Shown: positions 48,572 to 60,104, numbered from the stretch's first letter. The stretch is DNA of 64,000 nucleotides from an uncultured Verrucomicrobiae bacterium (GCA_963837955.1 CAWIPH010000002.1:288001-352000), one strand, 5' to 3'. Translations and numbers: made by a program. Notes: a model not told the origin generated them from the letters alone.

Positions 48572-49096
48572 TCACTCATGCTTGTGCCCGTGCTCGCGCT
48601 CGTGGAACACCTCCTGAGCCAGCCGATAATCATCAGAAAATGACTCGTCGTGTCCGTGACGATGTCCGCCCCCGTATGCGCCGCTTTCGGGGTTAAAGGC
48701 TTCTTGCCTTTCCTCTACACTGACGTCGAGCTGGCTTAACATCTCCTTCAAAACGGAATCGGCTTCGAGGCGCAAAAAACAGGACCCTATTTCCACGGGA
48801 ATATGACGATTGCCGAGATGATAAGCAGCGCGAGCGAGCTTTTCGTTATCCGATGCGGTGACGAACAAAACCGGCTCGGTGGCGGCTGCGACGCGGACCC
48901 GATATTCATCTGCGGACTCCAGGATGTCGCCCCCTCTCATGATCGTACCTGGTGGCAGTAGCAACCCAATCTCTTCGCCATCGTCCAGCCGCGCGAGTTG
49001 CCGGCTTTTCCGGCGTAGATCGTAGGGGAGAGTCAATTTTGGTAATGGTTTACCGTCGGAGACTGAGCCTCTCACAATCCTCTCAAAACGACGCAT
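48572..49096 (-). CDS. ureE: Urease accessory nickel chaperone UreE
   Basis: RRKSRQ, AAYHLGNRH, FNPESGAY, His-containing tail. Confidence 0.95.
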   Translation of the reverse strand: MRRFERIVRGSVSDGKPLPKLTLPYDLRRKSRQLARLDDGEEIGLLLPPGTIMRGGDILESADEYRVRVAAATEPVLFVTASDNEKLARAAYHLGNRHIPVEIGSCFLRLEADSVLKEMLSQLDVSVEERQEAFNPESGAYGGGHRHGHDESFSDDYRLAQEVFHEREHGHKHE

Positions 49097-49106
49097 TGCA
49101 GAATCC

Positions 49107-50807
49107 TCAGAACAGAAAATATCGTTGGGCCATCGGTAAAATCGGGGCGGGCTCGCAGGTCAAGAGCTCACCGTCCGCGAAAACCTGGAAGGTCTCAGGA
49201 TCCACGGTGATTTTTGGCTGCCAGGAGTTATGGATCATGTCCGTTTTTCTGAGCTTCCGGATGCCGTGTACGGGTATTAATGTTCTCTCCAGACCATAAC
49301 GATCCGCAATTTTCGCTTCGCTGGCAGCTTGGGATATAAAACTGAGGCAAGTCCGGACCAGAGCCTTACCTCGCGCGCCAAACATCTCCCGATAATGAAC
49401 CGGTTGCGGGGTGGGGATGGATGCGTTCGGGTCTCCCATCAGGGCGTGCGCAATCATTCCCCCTTTCAAGATCAACGCCGGCTTCACGCCAAAAAAAGCG
49501 GGTTGCCAAAGAACCAGGTCGGCCCATTTGCCTACTTCAACCGAGCCGATCTCGTGGCTTATGCCATGAGTTATCGCTGGGTTGATCGTGTATTTAGCGA
49601 GATAACGTTTGACTCTGGCGTTATCATTTCGAGCCGAATCGCCAGTCAACGCGCCGCGTTGCGTTTTCATTTTGTGTGCGGTCTGCCAGGTGCGCAGAAT
49701 GACCTCACCGATTCGGCCCATGGCTTGCGAGTCGCTCGACATCATCGAAATCGCTCCGAGATCGTGAAGGATATCTTCCGCCGCAATGGTTTCGCGTCGG
49801 ATTCGAGATTCGGCAAAAGCGATATCTTCGGCGATTGCCGGGTCCAGATGATGGCAAACCATCAGCATGTCGAGGTGTTCGTCCAACGTGTTCACCGTGT
49901 AAGGCCTGGTCGGGTTCGTGGACGAGGGCAGAACATTGGGCTCACCGCATACTTTGATGATGTCAGGGGCATGCCCTCCGCCGGCACCCTCCGTATGAAA
50001 AGCGTGTATCACCCGATTCTTAAACGCCGCGATGGAATCTTCGACAAAGCCGGATTCGTTCAACGTATCGGTATGAATCGCGACTTGAGTATCGGTTTCT
50101 TCGGCTACGGTCAAAGAGCAGTCGATGACAGCGGGGGTAGTGCCCCAGTCTTCATGAAGCTTTAGACCAAGGGCGCCTGCGTAGATCTGCTCGCGGAGTG
50201 CTTCTGGACGACTGGCATTGCCTTTACCCAAAAAGCCGAGGTTAATCGGATACCCTTCTGCTGCCTGTAGCATTCGCTCTATATGCCAGGGTCCTGGCGT
50301 ACAAGTCGTCGCGAACGTGCCGGTGGCCGGTCCGGTTCCTCCGCCGATCATTGTGGTGATTCCGGCGGAAATCGCGTCATCGATCTGTTGCGGACAAATA
50401 AAATGGACGTGCGAATCGATGCCGCCCGCCGTGACTATCATGTTCTCTCCAGCGATTGCTTCGGTTCCGGGTCCGATCACGATTGTCACCCCAGGCTGGA
50501 TGTCGGGATTGCCAGCCTTTCCGATCCCGGCAATCCGTCCTGCCTTGATACCGATATCCGCCTTAATGATTCCTGAGTGATCGAGAATGATCGCGTTGGT
50601 AATGACCGTATCAACCGCATCTTTGCTCTCGCGTTGCGATTGACCCATGCCGTCGCGAATCACCTTGCCGCCACCAAATTTTACTTCTTCGCCGTAGATG
50701 GTCAGGTCCTTCTCGATCTCAATGATCAGATCGGTATCAGCGAGCCGAAGCCGGTCGCCGACAGTGGGACCGAACATTTCTGAATAGATTTCCCTGGAAA
50801 TTTTCAC
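49107..50807 (-). CDS. ureC: Urease subunit alpha
   Basis: [43 protein letters not shown]. Confidence 0.99.
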   Translation of the reverse strand: MKISREIYSEMFGPTVGDRLRLADTDLIIEIEKDLTIYGEEVKFGGGKVIRDGMGQSQRESKDAVDTVITNAIILDHSGIIKADIGIKAGRIAGIGKAGNPDIQPGVTIVIGPGTEAIAGENMIVTAGGIDSHVHFICPQQIDDAISAGITTMIGGGTGPATGTFATTCTPGPWHIERMLQAAEGYPINLGFLGKGNASRPEALREQIYAGALGLKLHEDWGTTPAVIDCSLTVAEETDTQVAIHTDTLNESGFVEDSIAAFKNRVIHAFHTEGAGGGHAPDIIKVCGEPNVLPSSTNPTRPYTVNTLDEHLDMLMVCHHLDPAIAEDIAFAESRIRRETIAAEDILHDLGAISMMSSDSQAMGRIGEVILRTWQTAHKMKTQRGALTGDSARNDNARVKRYLAKYTINPAITHGISHEIGSVEVGKWADLVLWQPAFFGVKPALILKGGMIAHALMGDPNASIPTPQPVHYREMFGARGKALVRTCLSFISQAASEAKIADRYGLERTLIPVHGIRKLRKTDMIHNSWQPKITVDPETFQVFADGELLTCEPAPILPMAQRYFLF

Positions 50808-50829
50808 TTCGATTGCCCCTTGCCCCTTC

Positions 50830-51135
50830 TTAGAGTTTACCCATTATCGAACCGTTAAAACCGTAGACGACCCTGTCTCCAGCGAGCTCCACCAACTCGA
50901 CCGTTCGCTCCTGACCTGGCTCGAAGCGAACTGCGGTTCCCGCAGCGATATTCAGCCGGTAGCCGCGGGCGACCGAACGATCAAAGCGGAGAGCCCGATT
51001 CACTTCGAAAAAATGAAAATGCGATCCAACCTGAATTGGACGATCGCCGGTGTTGGCGACTGTGACGGTTCGCGTTGGACGCCCGACGTTGATCTCAATA
51101 TCGCCGGGTTCAAGGATCATCTCGCCTGGAATCAT
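50830..51135 (-). CDS. ureB: Urease subunit beta
   Basis: [29 protein letters not shown]. Confidence 0.98.
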   Translation of the reverse strand: MIPGEMILEPGDIEINVGRPTRTVTVANTGDRPIQVGSHFHFFEVNRALRFDRSVARGYRLNIAAGTAVRFEPGQERTVELVELAGDRVVYGFNGSIMGKL

Positions 51136-51139
51136 AGGA

Positions 51140-51442
51140 TTAAATAATTGGGTGGTGGACTGTCACCAATTTGGTGCCGTCCGGAAAAGTAGCTTCGATC
51201 TGAATTTCCGGAATCATTTCCGGCACGCCTTCCATTACCTGGTTCCGCTGCAGAAGAGTCGTGCCGAATTCCATAAGCTCTGCCACGGATCTGCCGTCTC
51301 GGGCGGCTTCCAGCAATGCAGCCGAAATGTAGGCAACCGCTTCCGGATGGTTCAGCTTCAGGCCGCGTCCGAGGCGACGTTCGGCGAGCAATCCGGCGGT
51401 GAAGATAAGGAGCTTATCTTTTTCGCGAGGCGTTAGATTCAT
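51140..51442 (-). CDS. ureA: Urease subunit gamma
   Basis: [11 protein letters not shown]...KLNHPEA...[14 protein letters not shown]. Confidence 0.98.
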   Translation of the reverse strand: MNLTPREKDKLLIFTAGLLAERRLGRGLKLNHPEAVAYISAALLEAARDGRSVAELMEFGTTLLQRNQVMEGVPEMIPEIQIEATFPDGTKLVTVHHPII

Positions 51443-51479
51443 CGGTTTGCTGGAGCATCGATCATGTTGGCCAAAGTGG

Positions 51480-52358
51480 TCAGGTCGACCAGAGTCGCAA
51501 CGCTTGGGCGTCACGACCTATAACCATAGGGCGAATCTGGGACCAGCAGTCAATCATCAATGATCTAACCGGTTCAATTTGACGTCCGACCGCTCGCACC
51601 AAGAGGACGCCCTGCGGCAACAGACTAATTCCGGCTCGGACCGCAAGCGTGAATGGCAATTCGGCAGCCAACGTCTCGATGATTTTGGGATCCCGTTTAC
51701 CACCGACGCACCACAGCGTTCCAAAGACTGGGTAGCCGGCCAGACCTTGACGTGCGTGCCCTAGATCGGAACCAGCTCGCAAGCATGCTCGCTCACTCCA
51801 AATCAGCGACCCGTCATCTCGAACGAATTCCGTGGTCGCACGCAGCACACCTGCTTCCCAAGACTCTCCCGAAGCAATTCGACCGAGCATATTGATGTCC
51901 CACCCACAGGCGGTTGCGCTATCCGCAAGCTCTAGCCGAAAAACCGTTTTTGCCGATGCATTTGAAAAATAAATATTCTCGTTTGGCAGCCATTCAAGAA
52001 CGGCTCCGGCCCGTAGAGCAGCTTCGACCCGAGATGTTGAACCTTCATTCGCTTTGTACCACTTCGTGGCTCCTGGCGTCGTGATAACCGAGTGAGCTCC
52101 CTCTTCCAGCGTCAGGTGAACGGAAAGATCGTCTCTATCAGCGAGGCCGCCCGGGGGATGAATTACGACCACATGACAGATTTCCGGACCTTCCGGATAC
52201 AGAGGCTTTTGAATGCGAAGAGGTCCGATGTGACGCCGGCCACTGAGGATTGTCCGGTTCGCCATTCTAGTGAACCGGAGATCGAGCTTTCCCTGCCAGC
52301 GTCCCTCTTGGCCAGTATTGGCGCCCGGAGTATTCCCAATAGTATCCGGGTGTTTCAC
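51480..52358 (-). CDS. ureD: Urease accessory protein UreD
   Basis: [37 protein letters not shown]. Confidence 0.95.
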   Translation of the reverse strand: MKHPDTIGNTPGANTGQEGRWQGKLDLRFTRMANRTILSGRRHIGPLRIQKPLYPEGPEICHVVVIHPPGGLADRDDLSVHLTLEEGAHSVITTPGATKWYKANEGSTSRVEAALRAGAVLEWLPNENIYFSNASAKTVFRLELADSATACGWDINMLGRIASGESWEAGVLRATTEFVRDDGSLIWSERACLRAGSDLGHARQGLAGYPVFGTLWCVGGKRDPKIIETLAAELPFTLAVRAGISLLPQGVLLVRAVGRQIEPVRSLMIDCWSQIRPMVIGRDAQALRLWST

Positions 52359-52387
52359 GGTGAATCTGGGCTCAAGCTCCCAGCAGT

Positions 52388-53005
52388 CTAGCTAGCAATT
52401 TTCGAAGTGGGCTTCAGATTAAGACGTGTTTGCAACTCCGATTCCAAAAAGCTCAAGTCGTTGCGCGTCGCGAACCAACCCGCCAATGGAAGCAAGATAA
52501 GAATCCCCAGGACGATGTTCATCAACAAAAGAGCGAGCTGCATGTAGAAAGCTGCGTGCCCGGGGTCGAAATTAATATTAACGGGATAGGTCAGCACCGT
52601 GACGACGCCGAAGAGTCCGGCGACGACTAGGAACAGAACCGCCCAGCCAATTTTAATCGCTAGCGGAGCGCCACCTTCCAGCAGTAGTTCGCTTCCACTG
52701 CCCTTCGAAGAAACGGTACCATGGAGCGCCGGCTTAAACCAAAAACCTGGAGTCAACGCAGTCAAATACCACGGACCTCTGAGACGTTTTCGCAAATGAA
52801 AGTCGTGACCCTCTACTCGGCCGATTATGGGCCGTTCGCCCTTGCATAACGACGGTCGGTAGGGGTCGATTTCCTCGCTATCAATGAATTCGTTGAGCCG
52901 GGATAGAATCTCGGACGGGGCAGAAGAGGCTAGAAATAGCTGGAACATTCGCGTGATAATTAAGGACAGATTTCTTCTCTTCCTTTTCTCGCTTGGTCCT
53001 GTCAA
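52388..53005 (-). CDS. Hypothetical membrane protein (two C-terminal TM segments)
   Basis: ORF fills the gap between genes; hydrophobic helices; start uncertain. Confidence 0.6.
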   Translation of the reverse strand: MTGPSEKRKRRNLSLIITRMFQLFLASSAPSEILSRLNEFIDSEEIDPYRPSLCKGERPIIGRVEGHDFHLRKRLRGPWYLTALTPGFWFKPALHGTVSSKGSGSELLLEGGAPLAIKIGWAVLFLVVAGLFGVVTVLTYPVNINFDPGHAAFYMQLALLLMNIVLGILILLPLAGWFATRNDLSFLESELQTRLNLKPTSKIAS

Positions 53006-53038
53006 GCCAAAGCTATTTTATTCGGCCGATCCTTCCCC

Positions 53039-53272
53039 TTACGGTCCCGGTCCGAATGGCCAGGGATCCTCAAATCCGCTAGTGTTTCTATTATACTTCG
53101 CCGGGCCGAAATGCACATTGTTCCATTCTTTTTTGACCGGCGGATTGTTCGGATCGGTCTTGGGATGAGCGCACCCGGCCAACAGAACGGCGCAAACCAT
53201 GGTCAGCCCGGGATTGATCTGCGATCGTTGGCCCAAAAACTTAGCTTGAGAGATGAGCCGCACAGAGCGCAT
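53039..53272 (-). CDS. Small putative lipoprotein
   Basis: LLAGC lipobox followed by a short mature peptide ending YNRNTSGFEDPWPFGPGP; start at 53272 or 53200. Confidence 0.55.
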   Translation of the reverse strand: MRSVRLISQAKFLGQRSQINPGLTMVCAVLLAGCAHPKTDPNNPPVKKEWNNVHFGPAKYNRNTSGFEDPWPFGPGP

Positions 53273-53510
53273 TGAAGCAGGTTCGATCTTTCGAGCAAGG
53301 TGGATTTTAGAAATGGAACCGCCGCGGATTCGCAAAAATTCTCCGGGAAGTATGGAACCTCGATCATTCGGTGCTTGGCAAAACTCCGTAATATTCCGGT
53401 AGAGCTTTTCTTGTCGAAGCGGCTATATCCGTTAGATCATAGGCCTTGTCGCCGTGAAATATAAGAGACCGCCGCTTAAGGATGTCGGCTTGCCGGCTTG
53501 GTAATAACGA

Positions 53511-54578
53511 ATGGATTGGACGCTGCCCAAATTTGCCGCCGGTTTAGGGGCGCTGACGGCCTGCGGTTATTTATTGTCCCGATATTTAAACTATCATCCC
53601 AAAGCGGTGGAACAGAAGCCGGTCTTCAATGTCGGCACACCACCGCTGTTATCGGCTGGCCAAACGATCAAGGTCATTACGTACAATGTGCAGTTCTGCG
53701 CCAGCGCACGTTACCACTTTTACTATGATGGCGGCCCGGACACGATAGTAACTGTCCGCGACATCCGAGCTACTCTTAAGCAAATCGCCGAGTTCTTGAG
53801 CGCAGAAGAACCGGACTTCGTGCTCCTGCAAGAGGTTGACCAGGGTGCGCGCCGTACTGCTTATTTCGATGAGACCCGATTATTGCAAGAGGCGCTCCCA
53901 GCCGAGCTGCGCAGCTGCACTGCCGCGGACTATTGGCGCTCGAAATTCGTTCCTCACCCCAGTATCATGGGGTCGGTCGGTACGCAGCTTGTTGTTTTTT
54001 CGCGTTATCAGCTTGGTCGAGCCCACCGCTACCGATTGCCGGTTCGCAGCGGCAATCCGATCGAACAAGACTTTTTCTTAAAACGAGCGATCCTTAAAGT
54101 CGAAGTACCGTTTGCCGAAGGCGGTCGCTTTGTGATTCTCAACACTCACTTGGAGGCATTTAGCCGCGAAACGGATCTTATGGAGCGGCAGGTCGGCAAG
54201 GTGCTGGCGGAATTGGCAGCTTTAGACCGCGAAAATCTGCCCTGGATTATCGGCGGAGATTTCAATCTGTTGCCACCCGATCAGTATGCCCGTCTAGAAC
54301 CTGATGCACGAGGTAGGCACAGCGATCCTTCCGCGATCATCCCACTATTTGAGCGTTATCACGGTATTCCGACAGTGAGCGCCGCCGTTGGAAGGAATAT
54401 GCAAGATTTCTTTACGTTTTCACAACGTGCCGGAGCGGGGCGGGTACCGGTGCGAACGCTCGATTACCTGTTTGCAGCCTCCAATGTGCAGGTCGAGCGT
54501 TACGAAGTCCGGCAGAAAGGGATGCTTGAGATGTCTGATCACCTTCCGCTGGTTGCAGGGTTTAAGCTGCCTGGCTGA
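53511..54578 (+). CDS. Endonuclease/exonuclease/phosphatase family protein
   Basis: TYNV, LLQEVD, NTHL, GGDFN, LDYLF, SDHLP; N-terminal anchor. Confidence 0.92.
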   Translation: MDWTLPKFAAGLGALTACGYLLSRYLNYHPKAVEQKPVFNVGTPPLLSAGQTIKVITYNVQFCASARYHFYYDGGPDTIVTVRDIRATLKQIAEFLSAEEPDFVLLQEVDQGARRTAYFDETRLLQEALPAELRSCTAADYWRSKFVPHPSIMGSVGTQLVVFSRYQLGRAHRYRLPVRSGNPIEQDFFLKRAILKVEVPFAEGGRFVILNTHLEAFSRETDLMERQVGKVLAELAALDRENLPWIIGGDFNLLPPDQYARLEPDARGRHSDPSAIIPLFERYHGIPTVSAAVGRNMQDFFTFSQRAGAGRVPVRTLDYLFAASNVQVERYEVRQKGMLEMSDHLPLVAGFKLPG

Positions 54579-54673
54579 CCCTGCGGTAACTGGCGCGGAA
54601 GCGAGAATAATAGGCAGGAGTTTTGGAGTAATGGCTGACCAGCTCTTTCTTATTTCTCATCCATCATTCTCGC

Positions 54674-55846
54674 CTAGAGGTAGCGGAGCCACACCTGATC
54701 GTGTGATCTCTTGTACCGGCCGTAGGCCAGACAAGCCGGGTAAAGAAGCGCGATAACTAGCGCCCAAATCAGCACGACCCACACCAAGGACAGTCCATAA
54801 TGCTCTGGGTGGCCGGGAAGAGTCTTGGACCAGAATATGCCGGGTCCTTGGTAGAGCCATTCCGCATGCCCGAATCGGATATAGGCAAGGATCAACGCCA
54901 ACGCGTGAATGAGAACGATATGCGTCAGATAGAAGAAAAGGGGTGCTCGACCAAGACTTACCAAAAAACTCGTCACGAATGCCGGAACGAAATCCATGAA
55001 CGCCAAAAAGCAAAACATGACGCCGAGCGTCATTAGCAGGAAATCAACCGACGGGGGGTATTTCTCCAGATTGATGAATGAAAGAAAGGCCGTTCCCGGC
55101 TGCGTGGCTACCCATGCGTTTGGGTCGCCCAAGTTAAGAGAGCGAACACAAATGAACGCAACCAGAAGAATCGAACCGATCAACAGGATCGGGCGGCGGA
55201 GTTCAGAGACCCCTTTTTTTAGAAGAGAAATAACAACGGCGATACCGTAGCCGAATGCCATAACGCCGAACCAGGGCAGGACCGGGTAAGAGACATAGAA
55301 ATGCCAACCGGCAGACTCCAGGTCGTCGGAACGAAGTAGCATCGTCCACCACCATTCATTTCCAACGAGGCTCGCCAACAGTTGATGCCCGAACATAAGC
55401 GCGAGGCCTATGATCAAGATCCAGGTCGGCGCGACTCTCACAGCGAGAACCAACGCTAAGAGTACCATTGCCCAACCGGTGCCCCATAAAATCCCACCAT
55501 TCATGTAATGGTAATCAAAATTAAAATACCAACCGAAGCAGCGCAGAAGCGTTTGCTCCAATACCACTAACCAGACACCGCGAGTTGCGAGGTTCACCAA
55601 AAAGCCGGCATCGATAAGGCGAGAACGCGTCGCCAGCGCCACGCTCATTCCGGCGAGGCAGACGAAGGTCGGCGCGCAGAAGTGCGTCAGCCAGCGCGCC
55701 AAGAAAAGCGCGATATTAGTGTGACTCAAATCAAGAGCATCAATCGAGTGATCACCAAAATAATCCCGGGTGTGATCGAGCGCCATGAACACGATGGCCA
55801 AACCGCGCAGTGCGTCGATTTCGGAAAGCCGTTCGCTCTTAGACAT
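54674..55846 (-). CDS. DUF1624 / HGSNAT-like multi-pass membrane protein
   Basis: RLSEIDALRG...MALDHTRD...RWLTHFCAPTF...YPVLPW...KYPPS. Confidence 0.88.
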   Translation of the reverse strand: MSKSERLSEIDALRGLAIVFMALDHTRDYFGDHSIDALDLSHTNIALFLARWLTHFCAPTFVCLAGMSVALATRSRLIDAGFLVNLATRGVWLVVLEQTLLRCFGWYFNFDYHYMNGGILWGTGWAMVLLALVLAVRVAPTWILIIGLALMFGHQLLASLVGNEWWWTMLLRSDDLESAGWHFYVSYPVLPWFGVMAFGYGIAVVISLLKKGVSELRRPILLIGSILLVAFICVRSLNLGDPNAWVATQPGTAFLSFINLEKYPPSVDFLLMTLGVMFCFLAFMDFVPAFVTSFLVSLGRAPLFFYLTHIVLIHALALILAYIRFGHAEWLYQGPGIFWSKTLPGHPEHYGLSLVWVVLIWALVIALLYPACLAYGRYKRSHDQVWLRYL

Positions 55847-56113
55847 CGGGCGTGATATTGCCCATTGAAGGTTAGGGAGGCAACGTTTTCAGCCAACGAT
55901 TGCCGCCGCGGACATCGGTTCCGAAATTGCCCAAGGTTGATCGATCCTTGACCGGGGGACCTGCGATCTCTGACGGCCTGAGCGACGTTACGATCGTGAG
56001 AATTCGTTCGCGAAGAGCTTGACTCATTGGCTCAGCCGCGCGTAGTGAACAGTTCGCGTTTTGGGGCCCTCTACTCGGATTTCTCTTCACATTCACAGCG
56101 CTTCTTTCAAGCC

Positions 56114-57016
56114 GTGGCTGCAATTACACTTGCATTTCTCAATTTCAAAGGTGGTGTCGGTAAGACGACGAACGTCGTCAATATTTCCACTTTACTCGCC
56201 CGTGATCCCCGGGTGGGCGGAAAGCGCGTCCTCGTCGTTGATTTGGATCCTCAATGCAATAGCAGTTTTCTATTACTGACCCGACAACGCTGGATGGAGG
56301 TCCGCGATCAAGGTAAGACCGTTGATCGGGTTTTTGGTGATCCCAAAGAGATGCGAAATCCGGAAGCCGATTTGAGCCGGCTCGTGACCTCCGCTTTCAC
56401 CGACCACACTACCCAATCGTGCTTGGACATTGTCGCTTGCTCGATGGATGCGATCAAATGGACGCAGGATCCGGGTCTATTGAGCCGCTCCACGCATTTT
56501 CGCTTCCTGTTTCTCGCTCTGGCTTCGGTCCGGGAAGCATACGATTTCATCATTCTCGATTGCGGGCCTTCTTTCAACGTGCTGACAAGAAACGCGCTGC
56601 GTGCTGCCGACTACGTTCTCATGCCTTATACGCCCGATTTTTTGGCGCTAGAGGGGATCAAACTTCTGGGCGCTCTTTCTCGCGAGTTTGCGGCAGAGGT
56701 GCAGTTGCACTCACCGGAGTCAAAGACGGCGAGACCCTTGGGTGTAATCGTGAATCGATATCGCACGAATACTTCTGCTTCTCGCTCATCGGTGCAAGAG
56801 CTGCGCGACGTCGTCGAACAAATGCGAACCTCGGAACTCTTACCGAAGTTCACCACCGTTTTTGAGCCATATCTACAAGAGGCCACGATAGTCAACGATG
56901 CGGCAAACGGGCAAACCACGTTGCTCGATTATGGCGCCGACGCGCCCATTACGGAGTCTTACCGCAAGCTGACGAGTTCCATTGTCGAAGTCATCCGAGG
57001 ACTCGGCCATGAGTGA
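56114..57016 (+). CDS. ParA/MinD-family ATPase
   Basis: Deviant Walker A NFKGGVGKTT, DLDPQCN, IILDCGP; GTG start at 56114. Confidence 0.9.
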   Translation: MAAITLAFLNFKGGVGKTTNVVNISTLLARDPRVGGKRVLVVDLDPQCNSSFLLLTRQRWMEVRDQGKTVDRVFGDPKEMRNPEADLSRLVTSAFTDHTTQSCLDIVACSMDAIKWTQDPGLLSRSTHFRFLFLALASVREAYDFIILDCGPSFNVLTRNALRAADYVLMPYTPDFLALEGIKLLGALSREFAAEVQLHSPESKTARPLGVIVNRYRTNTSASRSSVQELRDVVEQMRTSELLPKFTTVFEPYLQEATIVNDAANGQTTLLDYGADAPITESYRKLTSSIVEVIRGLGHE

Positions 57017-57653
57017 AACGGATCCGATGGCGATAATCAATGAAGCGATCGAACAGATTCATGAAGCTCTGAACCGGTTCGAGGCGGATAGCGCTCTCCT
57101 CAAACCTGCCGCAATCTCCTCGCTCTCAAGATTGGTGAATGATACGGCGGCCCGTCTTCAGGAAACACTGGGAATCGACTCATCTGTCGATCGTCAAATG
57201 TTCTCTCGATTGCTCCCGGAGTGGCTTGACGCCTGGCGGCAGAGCCAGACCAACATGAACGCGCTTTGTGTCCAGCAATTGACACGCGGATTACCGGCCA
57301 AGAGCAGCGTCAAAGCTGCCAACTGGTGGAAGAGAAGATTATTGGCTGAACTCTTGCAGACAAAGGATCCGGCTGCGGTTCGTGAGCTGCTGGAAGCCGC
57401 CAAACCGGTAGAAAAACCCGCAAAAACCCCTGACGGACCGCTAGTGAAAGCTCCTGAAGTCAATGCGACACTGAAGACCTGGGGTCAGATGAACTTCGAA
57501 GAGTTTCTGGATGCCTTCCCGAGCTGCGCGAAGTCGATTGTTCGAGAAGCGGCCAGGCTACGGGGACTGAAGGGTAAATTCACCACTAAAGCAGAAAAGA
57601 GGCGCCTACATGAGGAGGCGAAACGCTTCTATCAGAATACTACGCTGGGCTGA
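57009..57653 (+). CDS. Hypothetical protein coupled to the ParA-family gene
   Basis: ATG 57009 overlaps the ParA stop by 8 nt (ATGAGTGA); GAGG upstream; 214 aa. Confidence 0.75.
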   Translation: MSETDPMAIINEAIEQIHEALNRFEADSALLKPAAISSLSRLVNDTAARLQETLGIDSSVDRQMFSRLLPEWLDAWRQSQTNMNALCVQQLTRGLPAKSSVKAANWWKRRLLAELLQTKDPAAVRELLEAAKPVEKPAKTPDGPLVKAPEVNATLKTWGQMNFEEFLDAFPSCAKSIVREAARLRGLKGKFTTKAEKRRLHEEAKRFYQNTTLG

Positions 57654-57741
57654 ATGTTCGAACTCGAAACGCCGATTGGATTTTCTCTCGGTTTTCGTTT
57701 TGACCGAATAACGGCCTCCTGTTAGCTCTTCGGCAACCCCT

Positions 57742-58188
57742 ATGATCATGAAGGTCGTTGTCGCGATTGCTGCACTGTTAGCTTCTGTTCCGGTTGTACG
57801 AGCGGATTCGTGCGATGATCTCAACAAGCTTTTTGATGACGGATTTCCGAAGGTGGGTATTCAGATCGACAAGGCGAGTCAGGTTGCTAACGCGAAAGAG
57901 CTGGCTGGCGCTCTCAATCAGGTTGCGGACACGCTCGGGTCTTATCGCCAAAAATTTACCGCGATCGTGGCGGACGCCCAGAAGAAATCCGGCAATGGCA
58001 GTTCCGGTCTGGATGACTGTTTGACTGCTATACGCCGTTTTCACGTTTTTCTGAAGCAGCTCCAAGCTGGAGTTGACGAACTGAAAGCGATTTTCCCGAA
58101 GTACGTGGCTGACGCGGACGTAGCGGCTGCATTTAACCGAATTCAGGACTCAACTCGCACGCAAACGCCGACGCCGGCCCAGCATTAA
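57742..58188 (+). CDS. Hypothetical exported alpha-helical protein
   Basis: Signal peptide ending VRA; two Cys residues; amphipathic helices. Confidence 0.7.
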   Translation: MIMKVVVAIAALLASVPVVRADSCDDLNKLFDDGFPKVGIQIDKASQVANAKELAGALNQVADTLGSYRQKFTAIVADAQKKSGNGSSGLDDCLTAIRRFHVFLKQLQAGVDELKAIFPKYVADADVAAAFNRIQDSTRTQTPTPAQH

Positions 58189-58512
58189 GGATCGGCGATG
58201 TCCGAGAGAGCCTTCGATGCATCTCAACGGCTGTTCCTCCGGCGACGTCTTCGCGATCCGTTTCGGCTCGCGCTCGACCAAAGCGACGATCGGCGAATAC
58301 TTATTTGAGCTGAAAGGATGGTTGCGGAGATCCGAATGTGGCTTAAGTATTCGCCCTGCCAATCCTGGGCGGCGACCGCAGTATGCACGATCGCCAATCG
58401 TGCATTCTTGTCCGCGAGCTGCTATCCTAGTGTGACATTGTCGCGAATCGCGTCTCACAAGTGATTGCCAAAGTATTTTGCCGGCCGGCTCAGCAGATTC
58501 ATCTTGAATAGT

Positions 58513-60090
58513 ATGAAAGGATCAGCTCGCGTGCGCCCAACCAACGGTCTACCAGAGGCGTACTGGTCCGTAGGCGATTCGGATCTGACGGTCGATCAGT
58601 TGCGGGAGATTCTCGCGAACGATCGGCCACTGCGTCTCGCAGGTGCTGCTCACGATCGGATTGGTCGGTCCAGGCGAATTGTTGAACAGTTGGCAGAAGG
58701 ACCCGGAGCTCTATACGGGATTAACACGGGCTTCGGCGTTTTGGCGCACCAACGCATCCCGCCATCGGACCTGGAGCAGCTGCAAGAGAATCTGATTTTG
58801 AGCCACGCGGTGGGAGTGGGCGACGAAGTCCCCGCCGAAATCGTTCGCCTCATGTTGTTGTTGAAAGCGCAAGGACTTGCTCTTGGGTATTCTGGTGCTC
58901 GCGTTGAAGTGATCGATTACCTGATCCGTTTCTTTAACGAAGACTTTATTCCGATCATCTTTACCAAAGGATCGTTAGGAGCTTCTGGCGATCTTGCTCC
59001 GCTTGCGCATCTAACATTGCCGGCGCTCGGATTTGGTAACGTGGACTTCAAAGGTTCCCGTATTTCGGCAAAAGTTGGGCTGCAAAGATTGGGACTCGAG
59101 CCGCTCAGGTTGAAGGCAAAAGAGGGACTGGCTCTGATCAATGGAACGCAGTTCATGAGTGCCTACGCGGTCCATTCCCTGATTCGGATCCGGTTGCTGT
59201 TGGCAACAGCAGATCTTGCCGCTGCCATGACCCTGGAATCGATTCGCGGAAGCGCCGCTCCGTTCAACGCTCGAATTCACGAGGCCCGACCGCATCCTGG
59301 CCAATTAAGAACCGCTGCAAATATGCGGCAGCTGTTGATCGGATCCGAGATTCTGCCTTCTCATCTCGATTGCCCGAAGGTTCAGGATCCTTATTCGGTT
59401 CGGTGTGTGCCGCAGGTGCACGGAGCCGCTAGGGATGCATATACCCATGCGCTGCGGGTAGTGGAAATCGAGATCAATTCGGCTACTGACAATCCGCTCG
59501 TTTTCCGGGAAGGCGATATACTCAGCGGAGGTAATTTTCACGGAGAACCGCTGGCGTTAGTTCTCGATTATTTGGCGATGGCCGTAGCAGAGATTGCCTC
59601 CATCTCCGAGCGCCGGCTTTATCTCATGCTGGGGGGAGATACCTTAGGCGACCTAAAACTCCCTCGTCTCCTCATGAAGGATACCGGATTGAACTCCGGC
59701 TTCATGCTGCCGCAGTACACGGCGGCAGCACTCGCTTCCGAAAATAAGATTCTCGCGCATCCAGCCTCGGTTGATTCCATTCCAAGTTCTTTAGGACAAG
59801 AAGACCACGTTTCGATGGGCGCTACTAGCGCGACCAAGCTCTTGGAAATCGTGAAGAACGCGGAAACAGTTCTGGCCATTGAATTGATGAGCGCCGCCCA
59901 AGCCCTCGATTTCATTCATCCGCTTAAGGCTGGGAAAGGAGTTGAAGCCGCCCACGCCGAAATCCGAAAGTCGATTTCCTTTGCGGAATCGGACCGACTC
60001 TTTCACGACGACATTCAATGCGCTTTGCGGCTGGTCCGCAGCGGTGCGTTGGTCCAAGCAGCAGAGCAGAGCGTCGGACCTTTCACCTAG
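58513..60090 (+). CDS. hutH: Histidine ammonia-lyase
   Basis: [20 protein letters not shown] (MIO), [22 protein letters not shown]. Confidence 0.97.
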   Translation: MKGSARVRPTNGLPEAYWSVGDSDLTVDQLREILANDRPLRLAGAAHDRIGRSRRIVEQLAEGPGALYGINTGFGVLAHQRIPPSDLEQLQENLILSHAVGVGDEVPAEIVRLMLLLKAQGLALGYSGARVEVIDYLIRFFNEDFIPIIFTKGSLGASGDLAPLAHLTLPALGFGNVDFKGSRISAKVGLQRLGLEPLRLKAKEGLALINGTQFMSAYAVHSLIRIRLLLATADLAAAMTLESIRGSAAPFNARIHEARPHPGQLRTAANMRQLLIGSEILPSHLDCPKVQDPYSVRCVPQVHGAARDAYTHALRVVEIEINSATDNPLVFREGDILSGGNFHGEPLALVLDYLAMAVAEIASISERRLYLMLGGDTLGDLKLPRLLMKDTGLNSGFMLPQYTAAALASENKILAHPASVDSIPSSLGQEDHVSMGATSATKLLEIVKNAETVLAIELMSAAQALDFIHPLKAGKGVEAAHAEIRKSISFAESDRLFHDDIQCALRLVRSGALVQAAEQSVGPFT

Positions 60091-60104
60091 TTAGGAAAAA
60101 ATCA

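Noticed and set aside
49329..50165. 278-aa plus-strand ORF
   Set aside because: Lies entirely antisense to ureC and has no recognisable motifs; a codon-bias shadow
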